The notes beneath the pieces were generated by a model. That model was not told where the DNA came from. It searched no databases and saw only the letters and a program-made list of their open reading frames with translations. Of a stretch of 64,000 nt of DNA, positions 38,833 through 48,074 are shown piece by piece. Each line of letters opens with the position of its first letter. Position 1 is the first letter of the stretch. Source of the stretch: a virus (Duplodnaviria; Caudoviricetes); IMG/VR virus record IMGVR_UViG_3300024262_000013. The stretch is one strand, 5' to 3'. Made by a program: the position numbers and the translations under genes.

Positions 38833-38855
38833 ACTATTTATAGTAAAACTATTAA

Positions 38856-39242
38856 ATGGAAGTTATAATTAATGAAAGTCAGATGTTAAGGTTATTTGAA
38901 GTTAACACTACTTTAGATAACCTTAATAACCTTATAGACCCTAAAAAATTTATATATGAATTTGGTTATAAGGATAGCTTTATTGAACCGAGTAGTGTTA
39001 TGTTAGAAGGTAATATTGAAGATGAAGATATAGGTGTTCGAGTCACTATTGGTAAAGTAGTGTATAACGGACAAGATGTTACTGAGTTTGCAAATAACTA
39101 TGTTTTTTTCTCAGGAGACGGTGACGACTCTAACTTTACATTAGAATATAAGGTATTTATTAGTGATAAAATAAATCAGTTATTGAGGGTAACTCCAATT
39201 AAAATAAGTGAGTGGGACGTTTATATTGGTATTGAATACTAA
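38856..39242 (+). CDS. hypothetical virion-type protein
   Basis: MEVIINESQMLRLFE leader; TATTTATA at 38835. Confidence 0.7.
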   Translation: MEVIINESQMLRLFEVNTTLDNLNNLIDPKKFIYEFGYKDSFIEPSSVMLEGNIEDEDIGVRVTIGKVVYNGQDVTEFANNYVFFSGDGDDSNFTLEYKVFISDKINQLLRVTPIKISEWDVYIGIEY

Positions 39243-39270
39243 ACGTGACATATTTATAAAATAAAAAGAT

Positions 39271-39993
39271 ATGAAGATATTAGGACCAAATGATACGGGT
39301 AAAGGAATTTTAATTGAATGGGACGCTGGATTTATTAACCCAAACGATAGACGTAACGCCGATGTAATAAAAGAATCATATGGTCAATTAGACCATTCTA
39401 AACCTTTTGAGTTTTACGCAGTATTACAAAAATACGACACACCAAATAGAAACGGTAGAATATATCCTGAAAAGATATTAAGAAGAGAAGGTGAAAAATA
39501 CCAAGAAGCGATAAAGAAAGGGTTATCTATTTCAGAACTTAATCACCCTGAATCATCATTAATTGATTTAGACCGTGTATCGCATTTAATTACTGAAATG
39601 TGGTGGGAAGGTAATGTATTAATGGGTAAGATAAAGTTATTAACTTCTCCAGGGTTTCATCAGACAGGTGTAGTTTCATGTCCCGGTGACCAAGCTGCAA
39701 ATCTTATGAGACAAGGTGTGACAATGGGGGTTTCCTCTCGTGGTGTCGGTTCATTAGTGAAAAAAGGTGATAGGAACGAAGTACAGGAGGATTTTGAACT
39801 AATTTGTTTTGACTTAGTTTCATCTCCATCGACACCAGGAGCTTACTTATTCTTGAATCAAGATGATAAAATGAAGTATGATGAAAACATTGAAGAAGAA
39901 ACTAAATTAAGAAGTGCTGAAGGTGAACCTGAAAAAGGTTTAGAAAAATCACTTGACTTAATGAAGAAATTAACCGATTATTTAGGATATTAA
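39271..39993 (+). CDS. prohead protease (T4 gp21-like)
   Basis: NRNGRIYP, ELNHP, VSH, GVSSRGVGS and FDLVSSPSTPGA motifs. Confidence 0.93.
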   Translation: MKILGPNDTGKGILIEWDAGFINPNDRRNADVIKESYGQLDHSKPFEFYAVLQKYDTPNRNGRIYPEKILRREGEKYQEAIKKGLSISELNHPESSLIDLDRVSHLITEMWWEGNVLMGKIKLLTSPGFHQTGVVSCPGDQAANLMRQGVTMGVSSRGVGSLVKKGDRNEVQEDFELICFDLVSSPSTPGAYLFLNQDDKMKYDENIEEETKLRSAEGEPEKGLEKSLDLMKKLTDYLGY

Positions 39994-40017
39994 TTAATAA
40001 CTAAGAAAAAAAGTAAA

Positions 40018-40227
40018 ATGGAAGAAAAGTATTTTGTCGCAAAAATTCAGTATGACTTACCTGATGAACATTCAGGTAAAATCAAAAAAATTAGAGAAGA
40101 AAAATTAGTAAAAGGTTTCAACGTAACAGATGTTGAGGCTAAAGTTACTAAATCGTTTGAAGGATTCACACATGATTGGAGAATATCCGCATGTGTTGAA
40201 AGTAAAATTGATGAGGTAATCGAGTAG
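40018..40227 (+). CDS. small hypothetical protein
   Basis: 69-aa ORF between protease and scaffold. Confidence 0.7.
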   Translation: MEEKYFVAKIQYDLPDEHSGKIKKIREEKLVKGFNVTDVEAKVTKSFEGFTHDWRISACVESKIDEVIE

Positions 40228-40252
40228 CCTCGACACACATAATATAATTTAT

Positions 40253-40280
40253 AAATCGGGATAATACCCGATTTTTTTTT
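40253..40280 (+). terminator. intrinsic terminator
   Basis: AAATCGGG-ATAATA-CCCGATTT followed by a T run. Confidence 0.75.
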
Positions 40281-40367
40281 GCCTATTGTTTCCTAAATGG
40301 ATTTTTTTTTAATTTCGGCATATTTATAATAGAAACTATAAATAAACATTTTGCAAAAAAAACTATA

Positions 40368-41747
40368 ATGAAACAAAAAAAACAAAACTTAGTTGAAGAA
40401 GCGCTATTACAAATGGAGAATTTGAAAGAAGCCGTTACGGAGAATGCAAAAGGAATACTTGCTTCTACTATGAAGGAAGAAATCAGTGAATTAGTAAAAG
40501 AATCTCTAAATAATGAAGAGATTGAAGACGAAGTGTCTGTTGATGCAATGGAAGGTCAAGAAATTGAAAAAGGTGTAAAACACGAAACAAAAGAACAAGA
40601 CGAACTTGACATTGAAGACGACATGGAACTAGACGATGAAATGGAAATCGAAGACGAATCCGATGAGGATGAAGATGAGATTGAAATTGATTCTGATGAA
40701 ATGCTTATGATGGATTTACCAGGTGATGAGTTAGAAGTGGATGATGAAGAAGAAATTCTTTTACCGCTTGACTTAACAGGTGCATCTGACGAAGAAATCC
40801 TTAAGGTCTTTAAAGCTATGGGTGAAGAAGACGGAATCGTTGTTACAAAAGACGGTGACGAAATCACACTTAAAGATGATGAGGCTGATGTTGAATATCA
40901 AATTCAAATGGAGGAATTCGGAGGTAAGAAAGGTGACAATTCAAAATCACATGAGGACTACGAAGAATCTAACGAAGGAGACGAAGTAGTTTATGAAATT
41001 GAACTTGGTGAAGAAGACGATGAAGAGTACGACCACTATCACGGTGCGGAAGAAGACGACGCGGCACATATCGAAGACTTAGAAGACGATATGGAAGATG
41101 ACGCTGAGAAAACTGAAGCTAAGGAGAATTGGGGTTCTAAGAAACACGAATACAGACGTAAGGATGTAAACGGCGTTGAAAAGAAAGCTGGTGAAGGTAA
41201 AGGTGGACACTTTAAAGATTACGAAGGAGAGGCTACAGAAGGTATGACGAGAAGTCACGCTTCGGGACAAAAAGCTTCATCTGACAAATCTAAAGGTTTA
41301 TCAAGACCGGGAGCTATTCCTAATAGAGCAAGGTACAATGAATCTGCACTTGAGAAAGAAGTAAAACAATTAAGAGAAAAGAATGGTGAGTACCGTAAGG
41401 CACTTAACATCTTTAAAGAAAAACTTAATGAAGTTGCTGTTTTCAACTCAAATCTAGCATATGCAACTCGACTGTTTACTGAGCATTCGACAACAAAACA
41501 AGAAAAAATAAACATTTTAAGACGTTTTGACTCTGCGGAAACAATCAAAGAATCAAAAAGTCTTTATAAGACAGTAAGAGAAGATTTAGAATCGAAAGGA
41601 AATTCTTCAGTTGTAACTGAATCAGTTGCATCTAAAGTACAAAAATCACCATCTAAAGGTTCTGCTACTAATCTTATCGAAAGTAAAACTTATGAAAATC
41701 CTCAATTTATGAGAATGAAGGATTTAATGAGTAAACTTCAAAAATAA
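40368..41747 (+). CDS. prohead core scaffolding protein (gp22-like)
   Basis: Acidic coiled coil lying between the protease and major capsid genes. Confidence 0.8.
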   Translation: MKQKKQNLVEEALLQMENLKEAVTENAKGILASTMKEEISELVKESLNNEEIEDEVSVDAMEGQEIEKGVKHETKEQDELDIEDDMELDDEMEIEDESDEDEDEIEIDSDEMLMMDLPGDELEVDDEEEILLPLDLTGASDEEILKVFKAMGEEDGIVVTKDGDEITLKDDEADVEYQIQMEEFGGKKGDNSKSHEDYEESNEGDEVVYEIELGEEDDEEYDHYHGAEEDDAAHIEDLEDDMEDDAEKTEAKENWGSKKHEYRRKDVNGVEKKAGEGKGGHFKDYEGEATEGMTRSHASGQKASSDKSKGLSRPGAIPNRARYNESALEKEVKQLREKNGEYRKALNIFKEKLNEVAVFNSNLAYATRLFTEHSTTKQEKINILRRFDSAETIKESKSLYKTVREDLESKGNSSVVTESVASKVQKSPSKGSATNLIESKTYENPQFMRMKDLMSKLQK

Positions 41748-41772
41748 AATTAATTAAAAAACAAATACTAAA

Positions 41773-43539
41773 ATGGGAGCATTATTAGAATCAGGTCTTG
41801 TTGGTAACATTGGGTTAAAACACCTTAAAGTTATCAAAGAAGACACAATCAACAAATGGGACAAATTAGGATTCCTAGAGGGTCTTAAAGGTCACGTAAA
41901 AGAGAACATGGCACAACTATATGAAAACCAAGCGTCTCACTTAATTAACGAAGCATCTGCTTCAGATAACTCAGGTTCATTTGAAACAGTAGTCTTCCCT
42001 ATCATTAGAAGAGTATTCTCTAAATTATTAGCTAATGATATTGTATCAGTACAAGCGATGAACTTACCAATCGGTAAATTATTCTACTTTGTACCTAAAA
42101 TTCAAAACCGTCATACGACAGGTGGTGAAGATGTTCAACGACATTGGAAACCTTTTGGAGCACCAGGTGCTACAGGGTCTACAGGTTCAGGATATGGCAC
42201 CGGTAAAAACTTGTATGATAGATTCTACGAAGGAGAAACACCAAATTCAAACCCAGAAGGTTTATTTGACTACTCTAAAGGAGCTTATTCAGGTGTAGTT
42301 ACAAGTGTAACTCCTGTATCATGGTCTGGTTCAGAATTAGTAGTTGCTGCGGCATCTGCTTATACAGGTAACCAAAGAACTATCTTAGTTGCTTTATCAG
42401 GGTTTAGTAATGCAGGTGCAGGTAAACTAATCGGACCTTCAGGTAACGATATGGATACTGAAGAATTCTTATCATCATTAGAAGTTAAAGGTTCAGGTGG
42501 AACTTTTTATAACTTTAATGTTGTAACACAGAAGTATGGTAAAGGTATCGTACAGTACGGTAATGAAGCATCAACTAATTTCCCTCCAGGAACTTACACA
42601 GGTAACGGTGGAAAATATGATGATATTTGTGACGCTACAGGTATAATCTATTTATCAATTGACACTTCAACACCAGCTGTTGGATGTCCTACTTGTTCAA
42701 TAGATGGATACACAGGTACCACATTTACTTTAGGTTCAATACCTTCTTTCTCAGCGGCTTACAGAATCTACGCTAGTTTAGAATTTGAAGACCAAATGGG
42801 TGAGGTTTCTTTTGACCTTGATGCAGTTACTGTATCGGTTACAGAAAGAAAACTAAGAGCACAATGGTCTCCAGAATTAGCACAAGATGTTTCTGCATTC
42901 CACAACATTGATGCTGAAGCTGAATTAACAGCTTTATTATCAGAACAAGTGGCTGCTGAAATTGACCGTGAAATCTTAAGAGACTTAAGAAAAGGTGCGG
43001 CTTGGACATTACGTTGGGATTACAACGGATGGAAGAGAGTGTCTAATGGTTCAGTTAACTATAACCAAAAAGACTGGAATCAGACATTGATTACTGCGAT
43101 TAACCAAATCTCAGCTCAAATTCACAAATCTACATTAAGAGGTGGAGCTAACTGGATTGTTGTTTCTTCGGAAATTTCAGCTATCTTTGATGACTTGGAA
43201 TACTTCCACGTATCAAATGCGGCACCAGACCAAGACCAATACAACATGGGTATTGAGAGAGTAGGAACGTTATCAGGTAGATATCAAGTTTACCGTGACC
43301 CTTACTTCCCACCAAACACAGTGTTATTGGGACATAAAGGTTCTTCATTATTGGATACAGGGTACGTTTACGCACCGTATGTACCATTACAGTTGACACC
43401 TACGATGTATAACCCGTTCAACTTTACTCCGATAAAGGGTATTATGACGAGATACGCTAAGAAAATGGTTAATAACCGTTTCTATGGTAGAATCGTTGTT
43501 GATGGTGTTAGAACATTTGATTTGAACTCTTTAAGATAA
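41773..43539 (+). CDS. major capsid protein (T4 gp23-like)
   Basis: FPIIRRVF...VSVQAM, RKLRAQWSPELAQD...HNIDAEAEL, and YAPYVPL motifs. Confidence 0.96.
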   Translation: MGALLESGLVGNIGLKHLKVIKEDTINKWDKLGFLEGLKGHVKENMAQLYENQASHLINEASASDNSGSFETVVFPIIRRVFSKLLANDIVSVQAMNLPIGKLFYFVPKIQNRHTTGGEDVQRHWKPFGAPGATGSTGSGYGTGKNLYDRFYEGETPNSNPEGLFDYSKGAYSGVVTSVTPVSWSGSELVVAAASAYTGNQRTILVALSGFSNAGAGKLIGPSGNDMDTEEFLSSLEVKGSGGTFYNFNVVTQKYGKGIVQYGNEASTNFPPGTYTGNGGKYDDICDATGIIYLSIDTSTPAVGCPTCSIDGYTGTTFTLGSIPSFSAAYRIYASLEFEDQMGEVSFDLDAVTVSVTERKLRAQWSPELAQDVSAFHNIDAEAELTALLSEQVAAEIDREILRDLRKGAAWTLRWDYNGWKRVSNGSVNYNQKDWNQTLITAINQISAQIHKSTLRGGANWIVVSSEISAIFDDLEYFHVSNAAPDQDQYNMGIERVGTLSGRYQVYRDPYFPPNTVLLGHKGSSLLDTGYVYAPYVPLQLTPTMYNPFNFTPIKGIMTRYAKKMVNNRFYGRIVVDGVRTFDLNSLR

Positions 43540-43560
43540 TATATCTTAATTATAATATTA

Positions 43561-43589
43561 AAGGGGACCTATACGGGTCCCCTTTTTTT
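43561..43589. terminator. terminator after the major capsid gene
   Basis: AAGGGGACC...GGTCCCCTT followed by a T run. Confidence 0.85.
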
Positions 43590-43779
43590 ATCTAACGTTT
43601 TTCCTTTCAGTTTTACAAAATGATGACTCTTCTCCAAAGTACTTACATCTTAAATCTGTAAGTTCTTTTCGGTGTTCTTTAAACTTATCGTTATCATGTG
43701 GTCTATGACCATTTGAAACCGCCATGGTTATTTCAGCAGCTAATTCACATATTCGTGAACTTATATTTGAATTTTTCAT
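43588..43779 (-). CDS. small hypothetical protein
   Basis: Probable start MKNSNISSR, downstream of the hairpin at 43794. Confidence 0.5.
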   Translation of the reverse strand: MKNSNISSRICELAAEITMAVSNGHRPHDNDKFKEHRKELTDLRCKYFGEESSFCKTERKNVR

Positions 43780-43793
43780 ATTATTAAACATAA

Positions 43794-43818
43794 AAAAAGG
43801 GGACATCGTCCCCTTTTT
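43794..43818 (-). terminator. intrinsic terminator
   Basis: AAAAAGGGGAC-ATC-GTCCCCTTTTT. Confidence 0.8.
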
Positions 43819-43827
43819 ATTGTTTGA

Positions 43828-44235
43828 TTAAGATTTGTGTATTTCAGGTTCAGGAACTGATGGTTCCTTATCTTCGGGTGGTGTTGTAAGCACTCTTATC
43901 GCTCTTGATACGATTTCAGACTCCTCAATACTAAAAACACCTCTTTTGTGGGCGGCTTTTGCGGCTTGTACCACACAATATAAAGATTGGTCACCTGTTA
44001 GATTTTGAACGAAACGGTCTAAATCCGCTACGTTATGATAGTTTATCGTATCAAACAATGAACCGATTGGTTTTGGTTGTTCTTCAGGTGTACTTGTTTC
44101 TTGACCTTCAAGTATCTCATTTACTTCTTTTACATTACTATCAACAGGAACAGTTTCAGTTTTTTTTGTTCTTGTTTTCCTAGTTATAGGTTTTTGAGTA
44201 TTCTCTTCCAACTCAGTTTTTTTAGCTTTAGCCAT
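43828..44235 (-). CDS. hypothetical protein
   Basis: 135-aa ORF. Confidence 0.7.
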   Translation of the reverse strand: MAKAKKTELEENTQKPITRKTRTKKTETVPVDSNVKEVNEILEGQETSTPEEQPKPIGSLFDTINYHNVADLDRFVQNLTGDQSLYCVVQAAKAAHKRGVFSIEESEIVSRAIRVLTTPPEDKEPSVPEPEIHKS

Positions 44236-44314
44236 TTTGTTTTTTATTTAAGGTAATAAGTTTATTTCTTGTTATATTTATTAATAGATAACAGAAGTAT
44301 AGTAATAATCAAGT

Positions 44315-46591
44315 ATGAGTGAATATATTTTATCAGAAGATTTAGCAGTATGGTTCGGTAATAAGAAAAAAAAGAAAAATTCTTCACAACCGAAAGGACC
44401 ATGGGTTAATATTTGTAAAAAGAAAAAAGGTGGGGGTCATCCACCATGTGGTCGTGAAGACGCAGATAAAGGGGGGTATCCTGTTTGTCGAGGAGCAGGC
44501 GTTGCCGGTAAGATGACTCAAAAAGAAAAAGATTCCGCATGTCGTAGAAAACGTGAAAAAGAAAAGAATGACACTCAATCAGGTAAAGGTCAAAAACCAA
44601 CAAGAATTAAAGTGAAAAATTATAAAAAAAAGAATGAATCTATAGAAAGATTAGTTAGTTTAGTGTTAGAGAATGAAGTTAGTGATGTTAGTGATGTTAG
44701 TGACGTTAATGTATCTAGTAAAGTAATTAAAAGTATTTGCGACTCTAAAAAATTCTGTAGTGCTCAAGGACCAATAACGTTCGGACAATTAAAGAGTATT
44801 GTTGATAGTGCCAAAAACAAAAGATTAGCCAAACATATCGGTGAAGGTGGATTTAAAGCGTTTATACGTTTAATGCCTTGGTTTATACCACAAATTGCCG
44901 TCGCTGGAATGTTTACCTCAGCAATGAGAGCGGCAAATAAGTTATTTGGACCAACATTAAAGGAAACCCCATCATATAAATCTTGGTGGTCGAAAGCAAT
45001 CATGAAAATGTTTAGTTTCGCCGAGGGAGATATAAATCCATCTGACCCTTTTAGTAAAATATTCTTTATAAGTGATGGTCTAATGAATTTAATGAATAGT
45101 GAAAATAAATTAAAATTTGCTTATCATATATCTGAAATTGCGTCGACACAACCTGACGATGAACCAGTGCCTGAATTTTTTGTTGAAAATGAATTAAGAA
45201 GTTGGATAAATCAACGATTTTTATTGGACCCACCATTACAACCAAAACGTTTAGATTCTTTCGATGATGTCCAATTACCTTTAGATAATTCAGATGATGA
45301 ATCATATGATGATAGTCAGGATGAACCTGACTTAATAGATACTAAATTAATCGAATCGGTTTTAAAGTCATATACTAAAGAAAAAACCGTAATATCTGAA
45401 GAATTAAAATATCATATTGATAATAGTCTTTCATTAACTGAAAATGTTTTTAGATATGGTAGTCCCAAATACTTTGACGTAATTAACGAAGCACGTAAAT
45501 TATATAATGAAGGTTACAATCAATGGTCAGAAGAGGAAGTGGAGTTAATAGAATCCGATAGAGGTAGATTTTTTAATTATAAGGGTGAAAGATTACCGTT
45601 TGATTTTCCAATGGTTAATGAACAGGCATTTAGTTGGGACGGAACATATGCCAATGAAATTGATGAACAAGGCGCGGACACGTCTTGGTCTGACGATGAA
45701 GATAAAATAACCCTTCAAGATATTTTAGAACTTACAAAAGACATTAAAATCATAAATTTCCCAACTAAGGAATTGGCAAATATTGTCCTAAATTGGAATG
45801 ATAATCCTGAGGAAATAGAAAGAATTAGTCAAGTAGAAATCTCATCTCAGTACCCTATTTTAATTATGGTAGACGAAAATGATATAATTCAATGGATATT
45901 AGATGGAAATCATAGAGCACAAAAAGCATTAAAGTCTAATTCAGAAACAATACCTGCAAAACTTATTAAACCATCGAATCTTAATCCTAAATCTAAAAAA
46001 ATATTTGGTTTATCTGAATCCGATTATAAAGGTAAAGATGGTGATAACGATTTAAATTACAATGTCTTACTAGGGTATACTATGGAGATGTCAAAATCTG
46101 CATGGGCCGAGTCAAATAAAGATATAAACCGAATAGGTGCACTTAAGGAGTTAAAAATGTATTATTTAGATTTAAGAAATAATAAAACCCCTATGGCTTT
46201 ATCAGTACCTGCGGAGGTAGCTAAGAAGACTGTTGAGAAATTGGTCGGTGAGTTACCTAACGAATCATTATCATCACTTGAGGAATTAGGTGCAAGTCTA
46301 AAGACACTTAGTGAAGCCGAATATAAGGGCAAAGATGTTAGTTTAAACAAACCTAAGTCAGGTGGACCTAAGAAGTGGTATGTGTACGTTAAAAACCCTA
46401 AGACGGGTAAGGTAATCAAAGTATCGTATGGCTCCCCTGTTATGACAGCTAAATGGAATGACCCAGGTGCTCGTAAATCCTTCGCTGCTCGACATAGGTG
46501 TCATATGAAGAAGGATAAGACTAAGGCGGGTTATTGGGCTTGTAGAGCACATAAAGACTTCGGAAAAAACGTCTCAGGGAGATTTTGGTAA
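44315..46591 (+). CDS. multidomain protein: Cys/basic module, ParB/Srx-like domain, DUF6321-like C-terminus
   Basis: HPPCGR...YPVCR; YPILI...ILDGNHR; RKSFAARHRC...AGYWACR. Confidence 0.75.
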   Translation: MSEYILSEDLAVWFGNKKKKKNSSQPKGPWVNICKKKKGGGHPPCGREDADKGGYPVCRGAGVAGKMTQKEKDSACRRKREKEKNDTQSGKGQKPTRIKVKNYKKKNESIERLVSLVLENEVSDVSDVSDVNVSSKVIKSICDSKKFCSAQGPITFGQLKSIVDSAKNKRLAKHIGEGGFKAFIRLMPWFIPQIAVAGMFTSAMRAANKLFGPTLKETPSYKSWWSKAIMKMFSFAEGDINPSDPFSKIFFISDGLMNLMNSENKLKFAYHISEIASTQPDDEPVPEFFVENELRSWINQRFLLDPPLQPKRLDSFDDVQLPLDNSDDESYDDSQDEPDLIDTKLIESVLKSYTKEKTVISEELKYHIDNSLSLTENVFRYGSPKYFDVINEARKLYNEGYNQWSEEEVELIESDRGRFFNYKGERLPFDFPMVNEQAFSWDGTYANEIDEQGADTSWSDDEDKITLQDILELTKDIKIINFPTKELANIVLNWNDNPEEIERISQVEISSQYPILIMVDENDIIQWILDGNHRAQKALKSNSETIPAKLIKPSNLNPKSKKIFGLSESDYKGKDGDNDLNYNVLLGYTMEMSKSAWAESNKDINRIGALKELKMYYLDLRNNKTPMALSVPAEVAKKTVEKLVGELPNESLSSLEELGASLKTLSEAEYKGKDVSLNKPKSGGPKKWYVYVKNPKTGKVIKVSYGSPVMTAKWNDPGARKSFAARHRCHMKKDKTKAGYWACRAHKDFGKNVSGRFW

Positions 46592-47139
46592 TGATATATT
46601 CAGATACACGACTATCACATAACAAAAAACGTAGAGTTTTTAATGAATCCGTTAACTCAGAAGAGTTAAAATGGCATAAAGATGAGTACAACCGTACAAT
46701 ACTCGTAGAGTCAAGTGACGGTTGGAAACTACAAATGGACGAGGAACTACCTCAGGACCTTAAGGTTGGACAAAAATACTCTATTAATAAAGAGACATAC
46801 CACAGAGTAATTAAAGGTTCTGGTGACCTTAAAATTGTTATAATAGAGGATAATGACTATATTCGAGTTCCATCACCTGTTATAAGTCAAATGAAAAAGG
46901 GTTTAGTGTACTCTAAAAAGGGTGGTGAAATTAATAGATTTATTGAAAAAATTGTAGAAAATAAAGTAATACATAAAAATGATTTAAATAAAATTAAAAC
47001 ATTTTTTGATAATACTAAAGAAATAATCACTTTAAATGAGTCATATAAGGGTAATCCCGAAAATGACAAGAAGTACGTTAAATGGTTATTAAATGGAGGA
47101 GATATAGGGTACCAATGGGTTATTTCTAAATCAGTTTAA
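46591..47139 (+). CDS. cupin-like N-domain plus a WLLNGG module
   Basis: WHKD...WKLQMDEELP...YHRVIKG pattern. Confidence 0.65.
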   Translation: MIYSDTRLSHNKKRRVFNESVNSEELKWHKDEYNRTILVESSDGWKLQMDEELPQDLKVGQKYSINKETYHRVIKGSGDLKIVIIEDNDYIRVPSPVISQMKKGLVYSKKGGEINRFIEKIVENKVIHKNDLNKIKTFFDNTKEIITLNESYKGNPENDKKYVKWLLNGGDIGYQWVISKSV

Positions 47140-47351
47140 CTCCATTCCTGAGCAATATCACGATTAAAGTTAGTTGGTTTAATTCCAATACTATAGTTTG
47201 GATTACCATACGACTTAGGTTCCATAATATAAAAATAGTCTAATGCTTTTTCAACACAAGAAGCTTCTGTTTCAAGAATAACAGTTTTTTCGTTATTAAC
47301 TTCATCGATTTTAGTAAATTGGTAAGTTGGGTTATTATATCCTCTATTCAT
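47136..47351 (-). CDS. small hypothetical protein (host-type promoter)
   Basis: TATATTTG on the minus strand at 47372-47379. Confidence 0.65.
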   Translation of the reverse strand: MNRGYNNPTYQFTKIDEVNNEKTVILETEASCVEKALDYFYIMEPKSYGNPNYSIGIKPTNFNRDIAQEWS

Positions 47352-47390
47352 GGTTTTAAATGTTTAAGTTACAAATATAGTATTAATTTT

Positions 47391-47789
47391 TTATAATTTA
47401 TTAATTTTCTGTGGAAATATTTTAAACCTATTAACCAAAGATTGGTTATTCGGATTACTTTTAAGTTCTTTTATTAGGGATTTAGCGAATTCAAAAGTTA
47501 TTTTATTATCCTCAACTTCTCTAAATACACCACAATAGAATTTACGGCAATTAGTGGGTCTATCATCATAAATACCACATAAGTTACAACTATCTAAATG
47601 CTCACATTTTTTTTTAAATAAATGCATTCCTGAGTTTAATATAATAGATTCCCCATTATGATTAAACCCCTTATCGGGCGTTATAGTATTAAATAAATGA
47701 GTTTTAGATTCCTCAACATGAACTCCTGGCCATAATATACTGTTACAACATAAACCACACCCAGCACATAAATCTTTAGTATGTTCCAT
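47391..47789 (-). CDS. YkgJ-family CxxCxxCC putative Fe-S/Zn protein
   Basis: CAGCGLCC...CEHL...CGIYDDRPTNCRKFYC. Minus strand verified (track says +). Confidence 0.85.
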   Translation of the reverse strand: MEHTKDLCAGCGLCCNSILWPGVHVEESKTHLFNTITPDKGFNHNGESIILNSGMHLFKKKCEHLDSCNLCGIYDDRPTNCRKFYCGVFREVEDNKITFEFAKSLIKELKSNPNNQSLVNRFKIFPQKINKL

Positions 47790-47819
47790 TCATGTGTTTC
47801 ATTATGTAAATCTCAATTA

Positions 47820-48074
47820 TTAATTTTTATTGGTACAGTACTTACCTGAACATTTTTTTACACCATCTTTATCTGGCATTTTACCCTTACAAACTTGAAC
47901 TGCATAACCATTAGCATAAGCTGATGGATAGACATCGTACTTTGCCTTAGCGGCGTTTTTACCTCTTGAACATAAAGTGGTATCTTTTTTCTTTTTTCTA
48001 CTTCTCTTCTTTTCGTTAATTACTCGTGTAATAATCTCAAGAATGTCGTTTTCGGTTATTGTTAATTTTATCAT
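47820..48074 (-). CDS. small basic Cys-rich virion-type protein
   Basis: MIKLTITENDILEIITRVINE leader; KYDVYPSAYANGYAVQVCK. Minus strand verified (track says +). Confidence 0.75.
   Translation of the reverse strand: MIKLTITENDILEIITRVINEKKRSRKKKKDTTLCSRGKNAAKAKYDVYPSAYANGYAVQVCKGKMPDKDGVKKCSGKYCTNKN

Noticed and set aside
4295-48074. Plus-strand labels in the ORF track for 4295-4552, 5767-7449, 24510-25586, 47391-47789 and 47820-48074
   Set aside because: The sequence shows CAT at the high coordinate and TTA at the low coordinate, so these genes are on the minus strand.
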